This document shows, in pieces, positions 26,546 to 41,377 of a DNA stretch of 64,000 bases (within the stretch, counting starts at the first letter, position 1; each line of letters starts with the position of its first letter). The position numbers were made by a program, and so were the translations under genes. The notes beneath the pieces are model-generated. The model was not told the origin of the DNA, ran no database searches, and was given only the letters and a program-made list of their open reading frames with translations. Where the stretch lies: NCBI GenBank assembly GCA_012295275.1, contig CM022676.1:10044001-10108000 (forward strand), written 5' to 3'. This DNA comes from Chrysomallon squamiferum (Eukaryota; Animalia; Mollusca).

Positions 26546-28602
26546 ATATATATTTTACATACAATAAATCAGTTTGATACTGCAACCCATGAAATCGCAA
26601 TAATGTACACCATAACAGACACACACTCTCACCTACACCTAATAAATCAGTTACAGTCATAAAGAAAACTGTTAAACAAACAAACCACGCACACACACAC
26701 ACTTAGTTACATGCATATATATACATGAATAAATACATATATAGGATCATAGAGTATAGACAAACTGCAGCATATTAATCATTATGTTTATAACACACAC
26801 AGACACACAGACACACACACACATTATGTTTATACAGATACGGGACCACAAGGCCTGAGGCATTCCGGATTTCAGGTTTTTTTCCAGTTTTCTGGTACCA
26901 AGGCATCTAAATACGTAAATAATTAGGGTATACAAATTTTAAAATTAAAAACATAAAGAAAATTGAGGACACACAACTGTGACACGTAAACAGTGTGGCG
27001 AGTGAATGAATGCCACGTGGCTTGAAAGAGTAGTTCCAGTCTGGAGGGGACAACACATGTATGTGAACTATGAAAATAGCGCGAGGAAAAAACTTTTGGT
27101 TACATATATATACACATGCATACGTACATAGAAACATACACACAGACAGACAGACACACACACACACACACACACACAGGTTCATATGGTATAAGGAAAA
27201 GGGAGCATATTAATCATTATGTTTATAATATAAATACTGAGACACACACATGCACACACATACATACATAATACGTATGCATACGAAAATACAGTATGTA
27301 ACATAAGGTAGATACAATTATTGTGTTTAAAATATAAACACACTCATGCATACACACAAAACACATATAAAAAGATTCACACAAAACACAATATATATGA
27401 ATATACATTTAAAATACACATACATGCAAACAAAAATCTACACATACATTCACATACATAAACACACAAACACACACACACATCCATTCAAGCAGGTATA
27501 TGTATGAATATATATATATGCACATAGACAATTATATATTCATACATATATATATACACACACAAAGACTCATAGAAAAAAAAATATAACATATGTCAAT
27601 GATTCTGTTCAGCTCTTTATACCACTTAAGAAAAAATAAATAAAAGAAATCTAAAAATAAACTTTTAAACTGAAATGATCATGTGTGTTATACATTTCTA
27701 GTTGACATCACACAAACACACAATCATTGTTTAAAATACCACACTGAAACACACACACACACACACACACACATAAAGACTTGTACAAAATACAATATAT
27801 ATATATATATATCTATCTCTAACACACAGACACACACACACACACACAGAAAACAAAGTAACAGAGTAACTGTAAACAAAGAAACAAACAAACAAACGTA
27901 AAAAAGTTATGGGATGGGCCAGCATGTACCTGTTTCTCCTAAAATAGATGTAGGTCAGCAATCCATTATCTGAAAATCTTTTTAATTTTTTTCGTTTTGT
28001 TTTAAATACTTCCCCCTCTCTTTCTCTCTCTGTATATTTCAGCGTGTTTCTAAAATCACACTCTCTCCCCCCCCACCTCCTTCTTCCTGTCCCTTGACAT
28101 TGCTGGGGATGGGTAGTGGGATAGGACGTAAAAATAATTTATTAATATAAAAAAAAAAAATAAAAAAAAAAAAACATATTAAGAGCTCGTTCTTTTTATT
28201 TTTGTAGAGCAAATTGAAGAGGTCGTCTTTTTAAAAGTTTCCCAATGAATAAAGATAGAATTACTGAGGATGGGTGAAATTAGAGCTGAAGCAGATCTCA
28301 AGATTTTAAACTAAAAAGAATAACACACAGACACCCACACAGACGAACACAGATACATACATACACAGTATCACACACATATGAACACATAAACTCACAC
28401 ATATGCTGATACTAACACATACACACAGATACACAATTTGAGATGAAAACGGTTTATAAATTAAGGAAGTTTTTTTTTTCTTTTAATATAAAAATAAAAA
28501 CTGTCTTATTAAACTGATGGTTATGTTTACAACTTAAAAAATGTAATATTTAGATAAGATATATAAAAAAAAAATTAAATTACATTTATAAACATGCTCA
28601 TG

Positions 28603-28673
<71 letters not shown>

Positions 28674-28772
28674 TGTCTTCTGCCCACACTTAAACTAGAA
28701 TAGGCTTTCAGTTCTTTTATTTGTCTACATATTTTTGAAAGGACATGTCCACTGCATATATATATATATATA

Positions 28773-28809
<37 letters not shown>

Positions 28810-29651
28810 AACCTATTTCTTAGCAAACTAAAGCATAAATACTGCTTCTTTTTTTCTTTTTTTTTAAATAAAAGTTTTCTTCAGTGTGTTTTAATACTAA
28901 TTAATTTCTAATAATAACAAGAAGAATCATTCAAAACAAGTTTTCCCAAATAAACACAGCATTCAGAGAAAATCATTTTTAGAATTTAATTTATTGTTGA
29001 ATCTTTGCGGACATCAAAAGCACGAGAATAAATTTTATTATGAGGTGCAGATTTTTGATTTGTATAAACAAACTGAATTTACTTATAACAGCTTATTAAT
29101 AATAAAACACGAAAACTATAATGAATATAGATAAATACAAACATGTCAGTCATCACTCATTTTGTAAAGAATGTTGTTTACAGCTTAAAGAAAAATGAAG
29201 CACATTGATGTCAGATATAAATCAATGAAAAATATAAATAAGTAAGTAAATAAACAAAAATTTATATAATGAAACAAAAAATAAAAAATAAATAAAAAGT
29301 AAAACAAATAAATAATTAAGTAAATAAATAAATAAAAAAGTAAATAAAAACAAATTTAAATAAATAAAACATAAATAAAACAATTAATAAAAAGTAATCA
29401 AAATAAATAAATAATTAAGTAAATAAATAAAAATTTAAATAAATAAAACATAAATAAAAGAGAATAGATAAAAAGTAAACAAATAAATAAATAAATAAAA
29501 TAAACATTTTATTGTCTTTTGAAGATTAACTTACATTAAACTCAAGTATATATCAAGTTGGAGGTATGTGTGTGTGTATGTTATTCATTTTAAAAAGACA
29601 TGTTTATCTAAGTTAAAACATGTGTTGACATGAATTGTACTTACAATGTTA

Positions 29652-29692
<41 letters not shown>

Positions 29693-29709
29693 TACTAATA
29701 ATAATAATG

Positions 29710-29751
<42 letters not shown>

Positions 29752-30092
29752 TTTATAGTAGTAGTAGTTATGATCAACAAACATAACAACAGTAATAATC
29801 ATAACATAAGAATGGAAATAACACAGGCATTTGTATAATAATAATAATAAAATAATAACGATAACCGTAACAAATCCAATAACAACAAAAATAATAACAA
29901 TAATAAATAATAATAAATAATAATGTATAAATAATGAAGGAAAGCGGATACACGTGTTATTTCACACAGGAAATGGTTACTGTCACTGGAAGAGTTTGAC
30001 CTAATTCCTATCACGTTTTAATCTACTTCCTTCATTACACACACACTCAGATTATCTCTACATATACAGCTGCTCTAACTGTATGTGTGTGT

Positions 30093-30142
<50 letters not shown>

Positions 30143-33100
30143 GAATGAGGAAAAAAGCTAACTATAAACGTTTAAACTGAAATGATCACAATTTGTTAGT
30201 AATTTCAAGTTAATTTCACACACACATGCAAAGTTCTATTTATATCTTGTGTGCATGTCTGTGCATGTGTGTCAGAGTGTATTTATATATATATATATAT
30301 ATAAAGTATGACTGTTATATACATATCTATACACAAAAATATATTTATGTTTTTGTGAGTACATGTATTATTTTTATCTATGTATGTGAATGCACACAAC
30401 CATATACAAACCAACTCAAGCACAAGAACACACACATACATACATACATACATATGTATAAGCACACACACATATTATACATACATTCATTCTTACATAC
30501 TATATAACTGTGATTTATTCATTCTTCTTTTCTTCTTTCTTTCATTCCACTCATTGTGTTTTTACTGAATTCTGTAATATCATTTTCTTTTTTTTTTTTT
30601 TTTTTTTTTTTTAAATGTAAAAGGAAATTTATCTCCCACAATTTTTATATTCATTCATTCATTCATTCATTTATTTATTATTATTATTATTTCTTTTTCC
30701 ATTTGTGGAATAAATAATAATAAATAAATAAAAGAAGGAGAAAAAGGAAAAGTAAAAGAGGATGGGCTTGTTCAAGGACATTCATTTAATTCTTCAGATT
30801 CTTTGAAAACAGAGGTGGGTTCGTTTCCTCAGAAAAATGGTAGATGCACTTTACCTTACAGAGAACCAAACATTCAGTGTCTTTCATCACAAACTGTTGT
30901 AGCAACACTTTTATAAAATTCCTTTTTTTACTTGAATACATAATAAAGTTCTTACTCTAAATATGTATAGGTTGATTATTATTGTGTTCTCATTAATATA
31001 TTTATGTAGATAGATAGAGATAGATAGATGGACATAGACTGATAGACAGACTTGATAACTTTTAAAAAGTGCTGTATTTATTTGAATATATTACAAAGTT
31101 CTTACTCTAAACATGCATAGGCTGATTGTTATTGTGTTCTGATTAATATATATACATACAGACAGACAGAGACAGAAAGACAGTTAACTTTTACAGGGTG
31201 CTGTGTTTGTCTGAATGTATAATAAAGTTCTATAATTATCCTAAAGATTCATTCTCTGGACATATATAGTTTGATTATTATATATTCTGATTAATATGCT
31301 GTTTATAGATAGATAGGTAAGTAGACAGACAGATAGATAGATAGATAGACAGATAGATAGACAGATAACTTAGACAGACTAGGTCAATATAAGTTTTGTA
31401 TTCATTAGAGTGTATAACTATAGTTCTTTAAGTATCTTAACTATTCCTGCTTAAAATGTGTGTAGGTCAATTGTTATGCACATATGCACACACACACACA
31501 CACACAAACACACAGATAAATAATACTGAAATTATCTTCCTTGTTTGCTCGACTTATGAATCCTCAAGGATGTGATCATAAACGATGCATATAAAACATG
31601 TGTTTGCAATAGATTCATTTAATCACATTCAGCCTAGCAGACACAAGTATACACTGTGACATTTGATAATACCCATGTAAGTAAATGTAATAACATATCT
31701 TCCTGAATGTGATATGAGCAAGGTCTGATAGTGCACATTCTGTGTGTATCATTAAATCCCAGATAAGACACTATGATTACTGTACCCCTGTAAAAGGTAT
31801 AGTCATTATCTCTACCAAGGGAGAGACTTAAACAATAGGACTATTGTGATTTAGATTTTCATTAAAGGTGTGTGTGTGTGTGTGTGTGTCTGTGTGTGTT
31901 TGTGTCTCTGTGTGTTTTTCTCTCTCTCTCTGATGTTATGTCTCAATTTCATTTTTTTTTTCTCTCTCTCTCTCTCTGTTATGTCTCAATTTCATTTCTC
32001 TCTCTCTCTCTCTCTCCTCCCTCCCTCCCTCCCCTCTCCCTCTCCCTCTCCCTCTCTTTTATTCAGTCAAACATATATTATTTAAACCTCTTTTTCTTCT
32101 TTTTTTTTTTTTTTTACAAAAATATAGTTCATCTCTTTGCCTTTTTTCTTTCTTTTTCGTAACAAATCACCCAAAATTTCTCGTTTAACGTCAACACCTT
32201 AAATCCCACATTCGATATTTACAATTGTTTACCTTCCTATTAAAGGTAACATCTATCTACCTGTACCAGGTACAAACAGCTTACCTCCCTGGCTTGCTGA
32301 TGTAATTCTGCAGTCGAGCCTTGACTTCATCGTAGGTGAGGAAAGCAACGTAACCAGGGTGGGTAACAGCAAGCACATTCCAGTTCCTGAGTAAATTGTT
32401 CCATGGTTGAAACAGGCTGGAAAAAAAAAACAATTAAAATTAAAATTAAATAAAATAAATTAATAATAATAATAATAAAATATTAATATATTTTACTCAA
32501 AAACAATTTTTTTTTTTTCGATATTGCATTTTTAAAAATAAAGAATCAATTTATGTTTCCGGAATTTTATTGATTTTAATTCAATTCAATTCAATTCAAT
32601 TCAATTGTATTATATTTTATTTTATTTTATTTTATTTTATTTTATTTTATTTTATTTTATTTTATTTTTATTTGTTTTGTTTTGTTTTGTTTTGTTTTGT
32701 TTTTATTTTATTTTATTTTATTTTATTTTATTTTATTTTATTTTATTTTGTTTGTTTAATAGCAAGACAATTTAAATTATTCTAGAATCAAAATACAAAA
32801 CATACACAAAACAAATTCCTTTAAAAAAAAATAAAAAAAATTAATAAAAAATAAAAGACAAAGACAAATACTTTTAACATAAAACAACTGAAATAAATTT
32901 CCTATTTTATTTTATTCATATATTTACACTAGTTAAAAAAACTGAAAATAATCAGACATGTTTTTATCTTTCAATTTAAAAGGAAAACAAATACTGGACA
33001 GTGAAGTTATTTTTTGCAATGGCATGATCTCATATGCTTCCTTAATTTAATAGGACTGAAATGATCAGATATATTTTAATTATTTATTTATTTATTTATT

Positions 33101-33501
33101 AATTTATTTATTATTGTTGTTGTTGTTGTTGCTGTTATCATCGTCATTATTTTATTTATTTATTTGTTTTTACTGTTGTTGTTGTTGTTGTTATTGGTAT
33201 CGTCATCATAATTTTTTTTTTTTTTATTATTTGTTTATTATTTAACACTCTGGTTACTCAGCGTAACAAAACACTATCTATTTTTCCTCATTTGAAAAGG
33301 AAACCAAAGGTCCTGAAATTTGAATCATCCCCACCCCATGAAAAATCTAAAAATAGAACTGTCTCTCTGACACAGTCACGAATGAACACAATGGTTTCAT
33401 CTCATCCAGTCAGATTACAAAGATTTAGCTGAAAAACAAGAAAACTGCACATACCCGTCTTTTCTAAAAAAACTCACATAGCACATTAGGGAGACTGTTT
33501 T

Positions 33502-33536
<35 letters not shown>

Positions 33537-33976
33537 TATTATTATTATCAGACAGACAGACAGACACAGTCAGACAGGACACAGTCAGACAGGTAAACAG
33601 AATTTGGTAGATAGATAAGAGATAGAAAAATATTACACACAGACTTCATCTAAAAAAAAATAAATAAAAAAAAAAAAAAAAAAATAAAATAAAATAAAAT
33701 AAAATAAAATAAAATAAAATAAAAATAACAATAATAAATAAGAAAATTCATATATATGTAGGTATGTATGTGTATGTATATATACACATAATTATATTAC
33801 ATAATTCATTGGGAATAAAACATACCCATTTTCTAAGTACTCTGGAACAATCATACCCAATTGTTAAATAAGCCTATCCCCAATTCATTTATATATACTG
33901 TCTTTTTTTTTTTCTTTTTTTTTTTTTTTTCATTTTGGATATTCTGGATATTTTACTCCAAATGACAGAAGAAGCA

Positions 33977-34008
<32 letters not shown>

Positions 34009-34325
34009 GTAATATTACAGGCCAGTGAAAAGAATTACAATGTTTTACATTTTTAGATGCCAGTGAAAATAACAAAAATGTTTTTATATTGTCAGATGCC
34101 AATGAAAATAACAATGTTTTTATATTATCAGATGCCAATGAAAATGATAACAGTGTTTTTATACTGTCAGATGCCATTGAAAAGAATGTTTTATATTTGT
34201 ACATGCCATGAAAATAATAACAATGTTTTATATTATTAGATGCCATGAAAATAATAACAATGTTTTATATTATCACACATTTTGTTATTATACATGGTAT
34301 TACCATCTAAATAAATAAATAGATA

Positions 34326-34358
<33 letters not shown>

Positions 34359-34645
34359 AATAATAATGATAATAATAGTAATACTTCTTCTTGGTGATGA
34401 AATAAAATCTACTACCATATTTAAGTCAAAAATATTATATTTTTTTTTATTTTTGTATGAATTACTATTGAGCATGTTTATCTTTTGGTTCATGTTCTGA
34501 TTTCTTGGGCTTGTTTTAAGAAAAATATGACAGATCAATCAATATACACAGATATACAAAATTATTATTATAAGTTATTCTATGACACAAACTGTGATGT
34601 ATACAAAACTCCTTCTTAGTAACTAAATCAGATAATTAGTGGCAT

Positions 34646-34678
<33 letters not shown>

Positions 34679-34944
34679 CCTATTCCAATTATCCATTAAT
34701 TCTAAATCAATGAGAATATTTGCTAGGCTATAAATAAATCAGATTCACATATATACTAGAAAACACACCCACCCACCCACCCACACACACACACAGACAT
34801 GCAGAAAAATAAATAAGTATTTGCATAAATACCTGATTAATTTTGAAATCGTACCTAAGTAACGTATGAAACTCAAGCCCATATAATCATTCCTACAAAC
34901 ATCCGTTAATTTTAAAATCATAACTAGTCAAGATAAAGTGAAAT

Positions 34945-34980
<36 letters not shown>

Positions 34981-35015
34981 CATTATCTCTCACAATTTCT
35001 ATCTTTATTTCTCAT

Positions 35016-35059
<44 letters not shown>

Positions 35060-35238
35060 AAACATATGAACATATACACTCATTCACACACACACTGATA
35101 ACAATATCAGTTAATTTCAGAATTAATGGTACATACCAAGTAAACACATCAAACTGTATCCATAGAGATATATCTCACACACACACACAGTCAGACACAC
35201 ATACTAACAACCATTGTTTTCATACTTCATCTGTTACT

Positions 35239-35274
<36 letters not shown>

Positions 35275-35587
35275 CGAACCAGATTAATTTCAGAATCGAC
35301 GGTGATACATACCGGGTAAAGACATCAAACTCAAACACAGAGATATAATCATTACAGGTGAGGTCTATGGTAGATTTGAGGGCCATGGCTTCCAGTGGGG
35401 AGCTGATTGGGTGTGTCTCGTTCAGGGTACCCCGGAAGTCTTTCCATGAGACAATGATTCTAAAAAAAAAATAAAAATAAAAAATAAAATAAAATAAAAA
35501 TATGGTTAGTTACACAAATATAACAACAGATTAATCGTGACCATGCAAAGAAGAAATATTAAACAAAACATTTTAATATATTAACAA

Positions 35588-35622
<35 letters not shown>

Positions 35623-38600
35623 ACAAACAAACAATATGTTATCATACACATAATTAAAACCATACAGACAATCAGAGAGGAAACCCACCATCTCTATTCC
35701 ATTGGGTGCTATTTTTCACTTAGCAGCAAGAATCTTAAATTAATGTGTACCTTCCCACATGTTGTAAAGCATATGCTTTTAATAAACAACTCATTCATTC
35801 AACTTTTTGGAATGGGAAAAAGGCTCAAAGGTTGATGCTTTAATCTGTATGTTGTGGATTAGCATTCTAGAAATTAGATGTAGTCTAACACAGAGGAGGT
35901 ACACAGATATAAATTTATTAAAATATTTTAAAAATTGATTATAGTAACCCTCAGACACCCCAATATCTATCTTTGTTTGTGTCTATCTATCTATCTGTGT
36001 ATCTGTGTATGTGTATATATCTGTGTATGTGTGTATATATGTGTCTCATGTGTGTATATATGTGTATATCTGACAAAAACAGATATTAAATAGGAAACAG
36101 AAACAAAGAATCTCTTCACTGAACTTTTTTTCAACTGTACAGACATGCAAACACCATGGGCTGAGAACAGCAGTCGGAACCGGAAAACGCATTCAGCATG
36201 TCTGAACGAACATTGACTGGCCTCTCTCTCACTCCCTGTAATTAGCACATTACTGCTTTCTTATTTCTGCAAGTGTTTTTGTAATGTCTTTTAATATCTG
36301 TGATTAACTTGTGTAACATCTGGCAGTTTATACAATAATTACTGCTAGTAAGACCACACCTGTTGGCCTTTTTGCATTAATAACTGACTGAGATGGAAGA
36401 ACCAGCCTGCTCATCCGGGAATATTCATAATCCAGTGAATCCTGGAGAAAGCATAATCAACTCTTTTTTGTAACTGTCTAGAGGTACCAGACCAATTATC
36501 TGGTGTTCTGAAATCCAGAAAGACCAGAAAACTGGAAGGTTTTTTTTCCCCCGACACTATTTTCATAGTTTGCATGTATGCGGGTGTGTTGTCTTCTGGG
36601 AACTGCTCTTTCAAGCCTCGTGGCGTTCATTCACTCGCCACATTGTTTACGTGTCACAGTTGTGTATCAGCAATTTTCTTTATGTTTTTAAAAATTGTTA
36701 AATGTTTATGTCTAATTATTTACGTGTTTAGATGCCTTGGTACCAGAAAACAGAAAAAATCCAGAATGCCTCAGGCCAGAAGGAGTCTGGAAAATTGGTA
36801 CTATGACAATTTCTTTTTGTAATGTCTTTCAATATTTGGAATAAACTGTTGACATCTGACAGCTTGTAATACATTCCAAGTTCAATTTGTTTCAGCGTGG
36901 TTAGAACGAATTATCAACATTAACAGAAATTATTTTTCTATCATCATCAGCAAAGCATTTGTTGGATGATAAACTGATACTTTTGTCATCATCTACTGCA
37001 CATAAGATATGTGTCTAACATCCTCATTAGGGTACAGTAATTAATTTTCTATGATTTTACATGAATATCAATCATTTGCCTAAGAACATCGTTATGTTGG
37101 ATATGCTATATTCTGTGAAACAGCAAATATTTGTCTAACTTTCCCCATTATGATACAATAATTAATTTTCTACAGTTTTCCATGAATATCAATCATTTTC
37201 CTAACCACATCATTATGTTGGATATGCTATATTCTGTGAAACAGCAAATATTTGTCTAACTTTCCCATTATGATACAATAATTAATTTTCTACAGTTTTC
37301 CAGGAATATATCAATCATTTTCCTAACAACGTCATTATGCTGGATATGCTATATTCTGTGAAACAGCAAATATTTGTCTAACTTTCCCATTATGATACAA
37401 TAATTAATTTTCTACAGTTTTCCAGGAATATATCAATCATTTTCCTAACAACGTCATTATGCTGGTTGTGTCACATGACGTGAAACATCAGACATTTGCT
37501 GAATGTCACATCACTCACATGATGACTGACTTGTTTTTGTAATCAATCATTTGTACAACAAGATCATTAGTGTCAAATCATTAATTTACATCCTTATAAA
37601 AATTCAAATGTCTGTCTAATATCTGTCAAGAACAATAATTAACTGTCTAATCGCTAGAAAGTTCTGGTTTTTTTTGTCGTCTTCTAGTTATCAAATTACT
37701 TGTAAAAATCTAGCACACTACTAGAAAGTTAACTGATTTTTATTATCTACTAAATATCGATTCATTCATAAAGACTATGGTCACCACAACGAGAAATTAT
37801 TTTTCTCTTATATTAATTATTAAATAATTTATCTAGAACTACCACAAGAAAGCTCTGATTTTTTATTATTTTCTAAATATCCAATAATTTATAAAAATCT
37901 AGCAACATGACTAGAATCCTGTAATTGTTTGTTATCGACAAGATTTCAAAAATTCATCTACCACAACAACCAAAAAGCTCAGATTTTTGCCAGCTCGTTT
38001 ATAAAATCTAGCAACAACACTAAAAAGCTGTTAAATTTTTTGTATCTGCTAAATATCAACTCATTTATAAAATCTAGCCACATCACTACAGAACAGCTTT
38101 TTTTTTTCCTGCTGTCATGAGCTCTTGAGTATCTATCCTTTATTTAATGATATCACTAGAAAGAGCAGATATTTTTTTTTTCCTCAGTGTTATTATGTGT
38201 CAAGCATTTGTCTAGGTATGTCATTTATAGTCCACAATACTGTTACACAATACTGACTCATCCTCTATTGTTATCTACTGAATATCAACCAATTATGACC
38301 AAAAATCATAGATCAGTTTCATACCACCAGTGAGTGAAGTCATGTAGTTTACCTACAAGTTTTCAATGGATACCTGAGGGATCAGTTTTACAGCTTTGTT
38401 TTTTAAAATATTTATTCATTTTCCATCAAACATGATAGTATGTAATCTTTGTTTATTATGTGAAGGATAATTGTTAGCGTTTTGAGAAATGTTTAAAATT
38501 ACGAAATCCGATATAAAGTGACTTTAAAGCTTGTGTGTTTTAAGCCATGTTTTTAAAGCAGAAGATATAGAAAGACATTTTGAAAAACTTGATTAATTCA

Positions 38601-38958
38601 TATAGGATATTGTTATAAAGAAATGTTTCAAAAATAAAAAAAAATGTATGTAAATTGTGACTTTAAAGCTTGTGTTTTAAGCCATGTTTGTCAATAGCAG
38701 AAGATACAGGAGAAATTTTGAAAACTTTATAATTCATATTTCTTTAAGGAACTTTTTGCTGTCCAAGTAAAATTCTGGAAAAGAAAAGGATAAGAGGAAG
38801 AAAGATAAAGAAACCTGGAAAGAGAGAGAGAAAAAGAGGGAATGAGAGAAAAAAAGAGGGAATGAGAGAGTAATAAGAGTAAAATATGACTGACAGAAAA
38901 AAACGAATGAGATAAAGAGAAAGAGAAAGATGGAGTAAGAAAGAGCAATCAGAGTAAA

Positions 38959-39004
<46 letters not shown>

Positions 39005-39089
39005 AAGAGAGAAAGAGCAAGAGACAGAGAGAAACAAAGAGAGAGAAAAAAGAGAAAAAAGAGAAAGAAAGAGCGAGACAGACAGAGAG

Positions 39090-39138
<49 letters not shown>

Positions 39139-39623
39139 GAGGTTATTATGAGATATTAAATGGTTATGAGTGAGGAAAAAAATGCTGGAGAAAATAAAAC
39201 AATCAAAATTTACAGCAGAGTGAAAACAATGGCAGCATTGTTATGTATGTATGTGGAAAAACTTTGGAGCCCTATACAATTAAACAAAACAGGAACAATA
39301 GAAAAAAAATGTCTTTAAAACAATACTTAATTAAAAAAGGGAAGTTAATTTGATCCCATTGCATGTTTCTAAGTTTACCAAGATCATGACTTCCTTCTTC
39401 ATATTTGATCAAGCCATTTGGCAATATTTAGATCAGCTGTTTTACTAAAGTCCTTACTTTCTTGAAGTATCCTCATCCTGTTTTTATTTTATTTTTTGTT
39501 ATTATGATTATTATTTTTTAATGTTGTTCTGAATCATTTCAGTTGGAAATTAAAATGTGTTTGTTTTTTGTTTTCATAGTATATTTATGTAATTATGGTA
39601 ATAACAGAAAGGAAAAACCAGTA

Positions 39624-39654
<31 letters not shown>

Positions 39655-41332
39655 AGATTTAAAAATAATTACATAGATAATATATATACACACACACACA
39701 TTCACACTGAATTACTTAATTTTCTGATGTGTACACTCAATATGCAAATTTATAATTCACATTTATAACTTACACAACTATCAAGAAAATTTAAAAACAG
39801 ATTTAAAAATAAAATAAAAATGTTTTTAAGACTATGACTGTTTCAAATTACATCAAAACATTTTTTAATCATGCCACATCCACCAACAGCCAATTTTACA
39901 ATTACCAGATTAAACAACCTGACATCCCTTCAGTACCAAATTTGACTGAGCCAGGCTTTGATGCTGGGTGAGTCAATGTGTTTTGTGGGTAATTTTCGTG
40001 TTCAGAACCTGAGCTGTTTGGATGAAGTATGACTAAAGTACAACCTTGATAGCACATTTCCTCAGGATGTAGATTACAGGAGAAAACTAAATTGACACTT
40101 GAAAAAAAATGGGGTGGTGTATTATAAAAAAATAAAAAAAAAGTATTTCGTCTACCTATTAATGTAATTAATGCCTATGTTGTAAAATTGTGTAACTCAA
40201 AATTGCTAGTTTTGATGAATACATTAACGTAAATAATGTTTATTTTGTAAAACTTAAAATAACTAGCTTCTGTGAATGTATTAATGTAAATGATGTTTAT
40301 GTTGTAAAAGTTAAAATAATTAGTTTTTGTGAATGTATTAATGTAAACAATGTTTATTTTGTAAAAATTAAAATAACTAGCTTCTGTGAATGTATTAATG
40401 CAAACAATGCTTATATTGAAAAAAGCACAAAACTTAAAAGGACTAGCTTTTTGTGAATTTATAATTACTGTAAATTTATCAGACTTTAAATGACTGGTTT
40501 TGTGGAATGTTTTAATGTATTTGTTGCTGATGTTGAAAAATTGTAGGACTCATAATAACTAGTTTTTGTGAAAGTATTAATGCAAATAATGTTTATGTTA
40601 TAAAGTCATTAATCTTAAAACAACTAGTTTTGCTCACTGTATTAAAAAACAAAAAAAAAAAAAAAAGAAGGAATACTAATATGTCATGCAACTGTAAAAC
40701 TATCTGCCTTTAAGTATATCAGATTTCATTTCAACTCATGTTTTAATAAGTCAGAAGTCAATACAAAATTTGATTTAATTCACAACACATCAACATTTTC
40801 AATTTAGATTAAAGCCCAGTTTTAAAAAAACTATTTTGTTAATTAAAAAATCGCAGTTAATGAATTCTATTATTTTGATCACAAACTGAAATTGTTGTAA
40901 ATACTAATTCCGAATAAATATCCATTGTTACAGAATGCTTTGATATAATTCATTGTTTTGTTTGTGATTTTTTTTTTTGTTAGTACTAGTGGTGTTTTTA
41001 GTGATAGTAATAAACATCTGTTCATCAACAATGCTTTAATATTAATATATTATGTTTTATATACAACTTTACTAGCAGTACCATCCATTCATATACAATA
41101 TCAGAACTCGACAAAATACGTTTTCTTCACAAATATGCACATATTTAATATATTATATAAAACATCCAAATGATAAATGAAAGAAATGTGTGTGTGTGTC
41201 TGTGAAATATATTTTGTAATAAATATAATTAACAGCAGAACAAATCTGAAAATTAAATACATGCTATAAACTACACAAATTTTGAATATGTAAAAAAAAA
41301 AATCAAAACTATAAAAATATTAATTGTAGATA

Positions 41333-41377
<45 letters not shown>

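Noticed and set aside
26907-36822. Similar ORFs at 26907-27185 and 36574-36822 ([19 protein letters not shown]) as a gene pair or transposase
   Set aside because: The similarity follows from the shared DNA repeat; the ORFs are short, have different ends and show no recognisable transposase motif.
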